Source: Cycas panzhihuaensis
Lineage: Eukaryota > Plantae > Cycadophyta
Direction of reading: 5' to 3'
Length of the DNA stretch: 64,000 nucleotides
Assembly (NCBI GenBank): GCA_023213395.1
Contig: CM041465.1
Span: 74,965,741 to 75,029,740, forward strand
The notes beneath the pieces were generated by a model. That model saw only the letters and a program-made list of their open reading frames with translations. It made no database searches and was not told where the DNA came from. A program made the position numbers and the translations under genes. Every line of letters starts with the position of its first letter. Positions within the stretch are counted from its first letter, which is position 1. Below, piece after piece: positions 1 to 12,054 of this stretch.

Positions 1-748
1 AGATGGCTTTGAGAAGCCCTAGGTGCACAACTCTTTAAGAACATTATGGGTTATCCCAACAGAAAAAAATTCAGATAAACATAACGAGTGAAAGCTATAA
101 AATTAAAATTGATTTGCTAGTTGATTAATGATTGCTTTACAAGTTAGTTCCTCATAGTTAGCCACTAATTATCACAAATGACTATAGATGATTACAGGTT
201 ATTACTTACAGGAAAGAAGTATCATATTGATAAATTTATAGGTTAAAGTAATACAACTTTATTAAGATTGATATTAATTAATACATATTTGATACAAGTT
301 TATAGGTTGCAATATACATGAAAATATAAAGACATTGAAAAATAAGGTTAGAAATTAAAGATATTACACATTAAATAGGAGTGTTGGAATATGTGTTATT
401 TTCATATATATAATATTTAATATAATGTTATGAACTCATACAAAATGCCATTGACTAAAAGCATTGATAAATATAACACGCATACATATTTATGTACAAA
501 TACTATTAGATGATGAAAATACTTAAGATATATTATAGGTTATTTATGAGGAGACTATTTATATAAATATGCATACACACCACTTAAGAAATTGAGAAAA
601 ATAGATTGACTTGGAGATGCAATCATTTGATATCATAAAGAGCAGCTCCAAACTCTAACCTTCTCCTATAATATTTTTTTCCTTATATTTTCTACATATA
701 AATCAATTGTCTCTCTTGTGGTGATTCTTATTGGATGCTTTTAATGTT

Positions 749-752
<4 letters not shown>
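1..752. repeat. Direct repeat, copy 1 (runs off the window start; partner at 2206-2947)
   Basis: AGATGGCTTTGAGAAGCCCTAGGTGCACAAC...TTGGATGCTTTTAATGTTTATA aligns colinearly with 2206-2947, with scattered substitutions and small indels. Confidence 0.95.
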
Positions 753-1346
<594 letters not shown>

Positions 1347-1895
1347 CAATTTTAAAAATAATTTGTATTAAAAAAAAATGGTGAAGGATGGGGGCGTGAA
1401 GACTCTATTGATCAGATCTCTCTATAGAAGCCACATAATGACACCAAATTTAGATGAGGCTGGGTATCATGGATAGCTAGGCACCGATAAATTTTTATAC
1501 CAAACAGATACCTATAGAATGAGAATGAAGCAGAGGAGTGAATCGAGTTCCATATGGGAAATTAAGACTCAAAGAGAGATTTCTCTCAGTATAAGTAATA
1601 AAAACACAAACTGCTTTTATTGTTGGTTAGAGAATTCAATTATGATCATAACAAGCAGTCATATGAGGTAGTTTCGATCAAAGATTGAGAAGTTGGAACT
1701 AGATGAAATGAAGTGAACGACGCAAGCAATGTACAAATATATATAAACAAAAAAATAAATAATATAAACGATGTTTTTACAAAGTTGAACCTTTAATATA
1801 TCGTGATATTATTTACATATCAAAATAAATAGAAGTTAAGCTGTGAATCTCACATAAATTTCTAAAAATTTAATTGATTGCATGCTAACCAAGTT

Positions 1896-2077
1896 GCTTT
1901 AATACCAAATGAAGGATGTAGAGGTGTAAAGCAGAACTACAATGGTGAGTGCATCTTGAGTTAACATAATCTTCCAAATCAATGACAGTGTTAAAAAACA
2001 CTAGGGAGGTATTTCCGCCCTATTTATAGGAAATTTGGGAAGGCAGCAAGCGCTTCAGCTTGACCTACACGTTAACA
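1896..2077 (-). mobile_element. Short (~168 bp) 5' LTR (1910-2077) plus tRNA-Met PBS (1896-1907) of a truncated LTR retrotransposon
   Basis: The minus strand reads TGTTAAC...CCTATAAATAG (TATA box)...CCTTCA, then TT TGGTATTAAAGC (degenerate TGGTATCAGAGC). The element body to the left is cut by the microsatellite. Confidence 0.6.
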
Positions 2078-2149
2078 AAAAAATATTCAAAATAATATTA
2101 AAACTATAATTAAGTAATATCAACGCATACCTTAAAAATAATGCGTCAG

Positions 2150-2251
2150 CATTTAGTGGCTTTAGGTGACTGATGTGCGGCTCTAGGTGCCCTAGGGAGC
2201 CCCAAAGATGGCTTTGAGAAGCCCTAGGTGCACAACTCTTTAAGAACATTG
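2150..2251. mobile_element. Possible terminus of a hAT-type DNA transposon or MITE
   Basis: GC-richer CCTAGG-containing subterminal motifs end in CTTTAAGAACATTG (reverse complement CAATGTTCTTAAAG), resembling CA(A/G)TGTT-type plant hAT termini. No matching second end found. Confidence 0.3.
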
Positions 2252-2947
2252 TGGGTTATCCCAACAGAGAAAATTTTAGATAAACATAACGAGTGAAAGC
2301 TATAAAATTGAAATTAATTTACTAGTTGATTAATGATTGGTTTACAAGTAGTTAATTACTAATTATCACAAATGACTATAAATGATTACAGGTTATTACT
2401 TGCAGGAAAGAAGTATCATGTTGATAAATTTATAGGTTAAAGTAATACAACTTTATTAAGATTGATATTAATTAATACATATTTGATATAGGTTTATAGG
2501 TTCCAACATACATGAAAAATATAAAGACATTGAAAACTAAGGTTATAAATTAAAGATATTAAACATTAAATAGGAGTGTTGGAATATGTGATATTTTCAC
2601 ATATATAATATTTAATATAATGTTATGAACTCATAAAAAATGCCATTCACTAAAAGCATTGATAAGTATAACATGCATACATATTTATGTACAAATACTA
2701 TTAGATGATGAAAATACTTAAGATATATTATAGGTTATTCATGAGGAGACTATTCATATAAATATGCATACACACCACTTAAGAAATTGAGAAAAAAAGA
2801 TTGACTTGGAGATGCAATCATTTGATATCATAAAGAGGAGCTCCAAACTCTAACCTTCTCCTGTAATATTTTTTTCCTTATATTTTCTACATATAAATCA
2901 ATTGTCTCTCTTGTGGTGATGCTTATTGGATGCTTTTAATGTTTATA
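2206..2947. repeat. Direct repeat, copy 2
   Basis: Matches 1-752. It continues into unique sequence where copy 1 turns into (TA)n. Confidence 0.95.
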
Positions 2948-3559
2948 CTTTATATTTCATGTTATTACTTTATTTGTTGATCTTACATTATATGAATTGT
3001 GTACATTCCTTATAATATGATTAAGCCATTATATATATTTGATATACTTTTGTTATATATTATGAGTACATTCTAATATGGTATTATTTGAATTCTAAAT
3101 TTTTATATACCCACATATATAAAATAATATCTAAAAACTTTATAATAAACAAATTCTCATCATTATCTTTTCAATCAAGCCCTTGATACATGATTATGAC
3201 TTGAAACTAGCATAAATAGGCTAGTAGGTCCTCAAACTAGTACTGACTCCCATGGGAAAAAAATTAGCTAAAAAATTCTTGTAGTGTCATTTTCAAAATC
3301 ATGGGATCAATCACAGACATCTCATATTGAGCAGACTAGACTTGATACTACTTATTAGAATTAAATTCAACATGATACCATTTGTTAGAAGGAAAATAAT
3401 AAATAACTAATTTCTATAATACAAGGACATCTAATGAAGCTAAAATAAAATGAACATGAAAGCAAGATGATATGAAATATATATATTATAAAGACACAAT
3501 TACATAATGGAATAACGATCATCTTTTAAAGAATTGCATTAGGTGAATGTATATACTTA

Positions 3560-6110
3560 TAAGTATAATTGACTTCATATCTAATCAATAATATAAGAGA
3601 ACCTTTAAGTCCACCAATGGGACATTACATGAATAGGTGAACACATACACACAACTTAATAGTATTTATAATTTAATAATGATAGATAAGAGAGAGTGGG
3701 GGGATATAATGCCACTTGATACATCTTTACAATAAAGCAATTAATCATTACTTCTAATATATGTTTTTATATACTTAGTCTTGCTATGAGACACTGTATT
3801 TCTAGTCATCTGTATGATATTTTAGTTGTCACAAAGTTATTGTGTAGGTCCATCTTATTCTTCCTATAATTCTTGTAGAATTTTCTTAAACTAAACTATT
3901 TCATATGCTCTTGTAATAACTTCCTTATACTCTTTGTTTCTATAGTAGAAGATGATGTTGTAGATTGCTTATTTGTAAATCAAGAAACCACTAAGCCTAA
4001 ATAGAAGGCATACCAATGAGATATTTGAGGATACATTAGACTAGTTGTTAATATATTGTTTTAGTCTTTTATATACATTTAAAAATTACACTGATTACAT
4101 TACCAAGTTGTAGTAAGATATGCAATACTTCCAATCATATGCCTATATAAATAAGATCAACTAAATTAAACACTTCATATTTAGACAACTTTAACCTAAC
4201 CTCTATAGGTGTTGTAAGTGGTTTTTAACTGTCTATGTCTAACCTCTATAGGTGTTGTAAGTGGTTTTTAACTGTCCATGTCGTATATTCATGGTATATT
4301 TCATTTGTGAGATAAATATGTTGTTATTATCTTGCCATACTTCAATGCGTAAGAAGTAGTGTATTTATCCCTAGTTAGTCATATAAAATTCTTTATATGT
4401 TTGCCTTGAATTTTTAGAACAAATATTGGCTATTCTCAATATAGATCAAATCATCAACATATATTCTTATAATCAAGATTGATGCTCAATTCAACTTAAC
4501 ATATAAGTTGGAATCATATTGGCTTTTAAGAATCCTTTATTTTTAAAGTAATTATCAATCATAGAGTACCATGCTTTAAGTGTTTGTTTAAAACCATACA
4601 AAGGTTTTTTTTAACTTGTAGATTGTGGTTTTCTTCCTTTTAACTTCAAATCCTCTTAATTGTAGGACATAAATTTCATTTTCCACATAGTCATTTAGAA
4701 ATGCATTTTTTACATCCTAGGAGATGGTCTATCCATGTTATGCAACTAAGGCTAGAGTTATTCCAACTTTTCTTACCTTAGTAACAAGTGCAATTGTATT
4801 ACTATAATTAATAACTTGTTATTATGCATATCATTTTGCAACTATAAATAAGCCTTGTGTTGTCAATTAACCTTTTTAATTTATACCTAGTCTTATAGAC
4901 CAATTTTATACTAATTATATTATCTTTAGGTGTCAATTCTACCAACCTCTTCGTGTCATTTTTTTACTAAGTCTTCACATTCTTCTTATAACTTTATTCC
5001 ATCCATCATGAGTGTTAATCTCTTCAAAGTTTTGAGGCTTACCATTTTTCATAACTTGTTCCATTAAGACAAAATTCACCATACTTTGAGATCTTGTGAT
5101 CTTTAGCTTAACGCTTGTATTAAGGATATGTTAAGGAATATGACTCCTTTGAATCTATTTAGGAGTTTTCTTATTATTTTGACTTGAGCTAGATGTTTTT
5201 ATTCCTCTTATGCTAGGATTCATAAGTACGTTTGTATTTGGTTCTACATCAATCATAATTCCTTGTACTTTGACCTTGATTTAGGTCTCTTCCTCTTAGA
5301 CTTAGTCCTCTTTCTTTAGAGTTATGTCCTTTGAAATTTTATCCTTGATTGGTTTGCCCTCTAAAACTATGTCCTTGATTTTTGAAGTTTTGTTCTCTTG
5401 GACTTTGACCTCTTCCCTTAAAGTTTTGTTATGTTCCTCTTATTTGTCCTTTAAAATAACTTTGTGAAGGTCTATTATTTTTAATTTTAGGCTTGATGGC
5501 CAAGACACACTCTAATGTTTCTCCTACATTCTTTTTCTCCTTAATTATAAGTAGAATGCAATTAAGTTTATCAATCTTCATTGTATTGAAATCTTTCTAC
5601 ACCTTAATACCATTTACAACCATTTCAAGTTTAATCTTTTTATCACTTCTTAAGATTTTCTCTACTACTCTTGATTCACTAAGAACTCCCATCTGGTTGA
5701 CAAGACCTTAGATTTTCATTATATAGTCATTCATGGATTCAATATAGTTTATCCTTATTACCCTTGAACTTGGTCTTTATAATCTATAACTTCGTTGTCA
5801 CTATTCCTTTGTATGCAATCTTTAGCACATTCTAAGTTTCTTTGGATGTCTTTGCCTTGTTGACATGAGGAATAATATGGTCTTTTAAAGCACAAAAATT
5901 AAATAAAAGAGTTTTATTATCTCTTTTTTCATTTTGCTAAATGACTTTAACTTCATTAAAAGCTATATTTTGATTAGGTTTGCTATATGCATTGCAAATG
6001 AGATCCCACGTCTTTGAAATAAAAGCATGCTTCATTCTTTGCCTTTAATTCATATAGTTCGTTCCTTCAAATTTGGAAACTATAGAATTGGTCATACTTG
6101 AGGATATTGT
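3560..6110 (-). mobile_element. Decayed Ty1/copia internal region: gag joined to RT-RNase H, with PR/INT apparently deleted
   Basis: Minus strand: gag start MTNSIVSKFEGTNY (~6094); EPQNFEE (~5040); DVKNAFLN (~4710); LYGFKQTLKAWY (~4590); RNase H CDN..MTRNTVSHSKTKYI (~3800). Many stops and frameshifts. Confidence 0.85.
4196..4281. repeat. 43-bp tandem duplication inside copia RT
   Basis: CTAACCTCTATAGGTGTTGTAAGTGGTTTTTAACTGTCYATGT x2. Confidence 0.95.
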
Positions 6111-6539
6111 GCAAAATTTATTTGAAACATAAAGGTGAATGATAGAAAAATTACACCAACAATAACAAATGATGTACTAAATTATCCCTATTTCAACTTT
6201 GGAACAAACACTAATGTTTGAATTAAAACTACACTTCTAAATAGTAATTTTCTATTAATTGATTGGAGTACAATAAACAAATTTTGTAATGTTTTACATT
6301 TTGATCAACTTGTAAAAGTCTACAATTTGAATTAATTTCAAACTTTAAAAATTTGATATAAGTCAAATCTAAATATAGTTCATGTGATTATCTGTTTTAA
6401 AATTACATAAGTAAAGATTATAACAATTTAAGTGACTTGAAAAATAGAGACTATAGGTAAAAGTTGTGTTAGTAAACATAGCAGTAAGTACACAAATCTT
6501 AAGACTAGATGGTAGCCTCTTTGAAAAATAATGCCCTCA

Positions 6540-7470
6540 TCATACCGTGTTCTTCACATAACCTACGTATTGAGGAATGGGAGGCTATCCTGCTTTGGAA
6601 TTAAAATGGAATTCAATTTCATTAAGTTTTTGTGATATCAAAAAAATATATATATATCTGTTAAAAGAAAAAAAAGTCCGTCCTGCCTACATTTTGTTGG
6701 GCGTTTGGATATCTTCTGCCTACAATTTTTTGTATGTTTTCGTGCGACGTCTGCAGATTTGAAGATGAAGATGCGGACAACATGATAACCCTCTCCGGGG
6801 TCTTGAACTTCAGCGACGGTACGTGGCCGTGGTAGCAACACATGTGACAGAAGAATGGTCAACATGGAGATGTAAGGTAGCAGTGCGCTGGATGACTGAT
6901 CCGTAACAGTTGTGGGACCATGTAATGACTGCCTTTGTACACCACAGATTTCAACGCGTAGGAGCAGGAGCACGTCGAGGAGTACCCAAGAGCACCAGCA
7001 CTGCACACTGAGCGCCTTTTCACAGATTTCAACGTGGAATGGGATGTTTTGTGGTTGACGCATCTGATCTCGCGTATGGGCAGCGAGAATGAAGTGCCCA
7101 GAGGGACGGATGTCAGGGATGACACAAACATCATACCACCAACTGACAAACTTAAAATGAAGAGTCACATTTGGTTATGGATTGCCAATCAACGGCAATT
7201 CAAACATACCACACACATGAATGGCATAGGCTTCCCAGCCTCCCACGAACAAGAACACTAAATGCCACGAGTATGGAGCGCTTGAAAACAGAAAACATAG
7301 ATCAGGTGCATCTCTCCACGGAGCACCAAATTTTGAAGAAAATGGCTTTCATACTAAACGGTGGTGGTGAGGCCTCAACTTGACTTCACCATACAAGTAC
7401 AAAGAAGGGAATAAATTCACCAACAGAGGAGTGGTTTTGATGAACGTCGAGGTCATTGATTCTGTTTGAT
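6540..7470. other. CpG-retaining, GC-richer non-TE island (possible regulatory or accessible region, or gene remnant)
   Basis: Many CG dinucleotides, unlike the CG-depleted flanks. Contains TACGTGGC (6820), GTGGGACC (6912), ACGCGT (~6954) and an internal repeat CACAGATTTCAACG at 6943 and 7021. No TE motifs recognised. Confidence 0.55.
6758..6835 (+). pseudogene. Fragment of a plant BCS1-like AAA-ATPase
   Basis: Translates FEDEDADNMITLSGVLNFSDGTWPW*, matching the family motif (V/I)TLSGLLNF(I/T)DGLW. No flanking Walker A/B or RPGRMD motifs seen. Confidence 0.55.
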
Positions 7471-7479
7471 AAATAGGTG

Positions 7480-8169
7480 GAATGATAACAAGCATTGGCA
7501 TACAACTCAAAGTTAACCATTGCCTTGACTTGTTAGGTACATGTGGAGTGTGTGTAGTTAAACTATTAAGATTGAATATTGATATGTGAATGGGCATTAT
7601 CCTAATACAATCTAGGCACAAACGATGATTTGAAGAATGTTTATATTAAGTGAATAATTAATAGTTGATATTGGGGCTTAGGTATGTGAGCTTTTCAAGG
7701 AATTCTGTGATGTTTTTATTTGGACTTAGAAAGGATTTAAAAGGAATCCTTGAAAGTAGGCACAAACAATGATTTGAAGAATATTTATACAAGTGAATAA
7801 TTGATAGATGATATTGTGGTCTAGGTACATGAGTTTTTTGAGAAATTCTATCTTGTTTTTTATTGGACATAACAAGGACTTAAAAGGAATCCCTGAACAT
7901 GTTGGATTAATGAGGATTAAGCTGAAAGAAGGAGTAAAGCTAATGTGATAGAAACCATGCACACTATACTCCAAGTACATAAAGAATATACAAGAGGAAG
8001 TAAAAAAGCTAGTAAATGATGGATGCATTTATTCAATTATAGATAGTGAATGAGTGAGTCTCATAGTAATAGCAAAGAAGAAAATATTGAGCTAAGTATT
8101 TGTGTGTGGATTTTATAGCATTTAATAATTTCACAAAGACCAACCCATTCCCAATACCTTTAATTGAAC
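7480..8169 (+). mobile_element. Ty3/gypsy pol, 5' part (non-chromovirus, Tat/Athila-like RT N-terminus)
   Basis: IKLKEGVK...IQEEVKKLVNDGCIYSI...CVDF.AFNNFTKTNPFPIPLIE, preceded by an F.DVF.W..KDLKGIP-like motif present as a ~145-bp tandem duplication (7614-7900). Interrupted at 8170. Confidence 0.8.
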
Positions 8170-8481
8170 TATTAAAATTTATGTATGACTTATATGTATG
8201 GGATACCATGTTAAAGTTTATTGCACAAAATAACAATTTAATGTAATGAAGTAAGAGAAAATGTAATCATATGATCAATTAACCATCTAATAAATATAAT
8301 AAATGAATAAGAATAAAGACAAAGAGTCAATCTTGCAAACACCATATATAATACCATGTTTAACGTTGAAAACCCATGAATGGGAAAAATCATCTCTAAA
8401 TGTATATAATATTTTATATTAATAAATGGTAATCAACAATTATTGTGGTGAGTCATACTAGCCTCACAAGAAGGACTTGGT

Positions 8482-8753
8482 TGGTGGAATAATGATCATT
8501 AGGGCAATGTGGCAGCATTGGGGGGGTGTGGAGCTAACTCCAGTTATTCTAGCCAACCCACTACCCAAATATTTTAATGATGTTTATTAATACCAAGCAT
8601 TGGTAGACATTGGGGCAATCCGATGACCTGATTATTTAAATGGGCCTTATGGCCTAAAGATATTTCTCAATATTGTCACTTCTATATGGAAAACTTGTTT
8701 ATTTTGTAATGTATACCTTATAATCTCAGTTCTACTATGCCCTTGAGCTAACA
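8482..8753 (+). repeat. Copia-A LTR 1
   Basis: TGGTGGAATAATGATCATTAGG...CTTGAGCTAACA; homologous to 9490-9760 and 16367-16638. Confidence 0.92.
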
Positions 8754-9489
8754 ATTGGATCTTGTACATAGTGTACATATTGTATATAATTTCTTTTAGT
8801 TCAAATACACTTTTATTTGGTACTTATTTTCAATAAAGTAAAGTCAATGGGATAAGAATAAATTTTTTATCCACCACAGATGTTACTCAGAAAAAATGAG
8901 GCCTACGTTACCCTATAACAGTATAGTAGTATAATTTCTGTTTTGATATAAATCTTAAAAGGCTATCAATTAGTTATGGATTACATTATAAGTCCTTGAT
9001 AAATTTCAGGTTGATTGGTTACACACATTCAAATCAAGTTGTGTTGATGATAGAAAATCTACATCTAGTTACGCTTTCAACATGGAATCAACATTAATTG
9101 CTTGGAGTACTAAGAAACAAAACACGGTATCCTTATCTAATGTAGAAGTAGAATATAAAGTAGCAGTAGCATGAGTATGTGAAATAATTTGGCTACATCG
9201 GTTACTCTAAGACTTGCAAATGAAATATGATGGACCTACACACATGATGTGTGACAATCAAAGTACAATTCAAATGACACGTAATCTAGTATTTCATGGA
9301 CAACTGAAGCATATTGAAACACAATATCACTTTATCAGGGAGTTAGTACAAGCAGGCAAGATTAAATTGGTTTACTGAAGCATAAATGAATAGGTGGTAG
9401 ACATCTTCACTAAGGTTCTTGGCAGAATCAAGTTTCACAAGTTCAAAGACAAGCTTAGAGTCATTCCTAATGAATACTATGGGGGAGAA
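8754..9489 (+). mobile_element. Short deleted internal unit of Copia-A (end of RT, RNase H and PPT only)
   Basis: WSTKKQNTVSLSNVEVEY, CDNQSTIQMTRN.VFH..LKHIE; matches 15850-16366; PPT GGGGGAGAA at 9481. Confidence 0.9.
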
Positions 9490-9760
9490 TAATGGAATAA
9501 TGATCATTAGGGTAATGTGGCAGCATTGGAAAGTGTGGAGCTGACTCCAGCCACCTTAGCTGACCTACTACCCAAATATTTTAATGGTGTTTATTAACAC
9601 CAAGCATCGGTAAATGTAGGGACAACTTAACAACCTGACTATTTAAACGGGCCTCATGGTCCAAAGGTGTTCCTTAACACCGCCAACTTTATACAAAAAT
9701 TTTATTTATTTTGTAATGTATATCTTATAATCTTAGTTCTACTCTACCCTTGAGCTAATA
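9490..9760 (+). repeat. Copia-A LTR 2 (shared central LTR)
   Basis: Preceded by a PPT and followed by a degenerate PBS (TGATATCACAATGC). Termini mutated to TA...TA. Confidence 0.92.
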
Positions 9761-12054
9761 ATTGATATCACAATGCATCGATTTAGGGCCATGAAGCATC
9801 ATGACAATTTATTGTTTGATATATTTCAATATTTGTTCATTTTATATAGTTTTTACATAGTTTTCATTTAATATTATTTATACATTCATGATATTGTATT
9901 GTGCACTTGATATAATCCATAAACTAGCAGGTTTTTATAGTATTTGTAGCTGTGTGTGGTATGTTTGTGTTCTCAGACTATTGTAGGGCATCTCAATGTT
10001 CATCGATCAATATTATTTCATATGCTAAGGTCATTTCATATAGTTAAACATTTGATTTTTTTATAATTTTTGTTACACATATTTCTCCATTTGTCTGTGC
10101 ACACTATGTATTTTGTATGGCCCGTGTGGCAATTTTTTGATCTGCTAACCAACATTATTTTATAAATACATTGATTATATGAAGCTCAACATCGATTTAG
10201 AGGAGTTTTTTAATCAGATCTCAAGAATTCTTTTTTTAATTTCATTATTTTTTTACTTTTAGTTTCAAGTTTAACAAGGAGACCTTACTTCAATAGATTC
10301 CCGTTCTTCAACAAACGAATGAAACATAAGCACACAACTGCTTGTTTTGATCTTTGCTAAATCTACTTCACTACATAATAGACGATTTAGAAAATTGTTG
10401 CCCCACCATTGAGATATTGCTTTTGGAAAATCGTTTATCTCTCTATCTACTGAAACACACTACCCATCCAACATTTTTAAATATTTTTTCATTTATTTTT
10501 TCTCAAAATTTTACCACATTTATAGGTGTCCATCCTCTATCGATCTAATTGATTAGTTTCTATGTGTTTTAGTGCTCCTTTTCGATCAATTTAATCAATT
10601 GAACTTCCTCTGTGAGTTGCACGAACTCTTTGTGATTATTTTTTCATTAAAAATTCATTTTTCTTATATATTTTTTATATAGTTTAAATTAAATTTAATT
10701 GAATTTAATAAAATTTGGAGTTCAACCCCCTTCATTTGCCAGCAAATGGTCACATTATGGCCCCTATGACCCTATTCTCTTAAAAAGGGACATATTTGAA
10801 ACTCAAATAAGTTAAATTTCATAATTTTGGATTTTGAAAAAATTAGTCATATTTCTTATTCTTTAGAATTTGCAGCCCCTTTCATAGCCTAGTAGATGGT
10901 CACATGCAATAACCTAGTGACCAGGGGCCATCTTGTTAAGGGGCTTAAGGACCTCTCTTTTTTATTTTTATCCATAACAAGGTGTCTGTACTGTTTTCTT
11001 AGTATCTTTCAAACTAGGAGTCCATTTTTCGAATGATTTAAACTGTTAGAAATCTGACTCGGAGCTCTATATTTTAGAATTAGTTTGACATTGATTTAAA
11101 GTTATTTTGTAGGTTTTTTGAGTTGCAAAAATTAACTTATCTAATTGGTCATTATTTGAGCATTTCTCAAATTTATTCAAGGATATTGATGATATATTAT
11201 TGTACTAACTATTGATAGCAGATTTCAGTTCATTATTTAAACTTATGAATATTTTTTGGCTAATTTGATGTAGGTTTGCTCTTGAAAGAGAAGTAAATAA
11301 TCTGGGTCAATTTTATACAAATAAGAGCATTCTAAACCCTTTTTCTATTTCAATTTATTTCATTTAGTACTATTTGACTCATTTATATTTCATTTGAGTT
11401 GATTTCATTTCATTTCATTGTGAATATTTTAAAATTTTTAATTATTAGTAAAATGAATCATTGCTTGTAAAGAAGACCACATTTGAGATTAAATTTTTTA
11501 CGTTAAACAAGATAACTCTTGAATTAACCATCTTAATTTTTAGCCTTGCAAAGGGAATGATTAAGACCCCTAAAGTTACCACCCCATACACACCTTTGGT
11601 GTACTCTAAGTTTTTGAGAAAACTATTGGATATCAAGTGTATTTGGTGGTAGGTTGAGGTGGAGAACATTTTTCCTTTTAGAGTTTGGAGACAAAGATAG
11701 ACCCAAAGGGGGTGAGTGTCCTAGTTGGTCAAGTTCTTAATGCTAGATCTATCACTAAGTACAAGATCGACGTAGGTGGACCAACAAATTAGGGAGGTCT
11801 TTAACCTTCTTTGCAGCTTATGTACTGAGGTATATTGAGCCTTGAGCTCACGTACCAATGTATTAGGTCCTTAGTTTGCCACTTATGGGTAGATGCCATT
11901 AGACAGGATAGTAACTAAGAGCATTCCTTAGAAACCTTAAGACATAGAACTCTATATTAGAAACCCCCTAGGTAGATATAACACAAATAAATTTAAAACT
12001 TTTAGGGTACACTAAAACATAGTTGAGTTACAATAGAAACAACCTTTGAAAATA

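Noticed and set aside
6574-6595. GGAATGGGAGG resembling a miR482/2118 site or an NBS GMGG P-loop
   Set aside because: Only 11 nt match, there is no GKT, and the complementary AGCCTCCCA is ~650 nt away.
6845-6865. TGACAGAAGA resembling the 5' half of miR156
   Set aside because: The 3' half does not match, and nearby complementary patches are in the wrong order for a hairpin.
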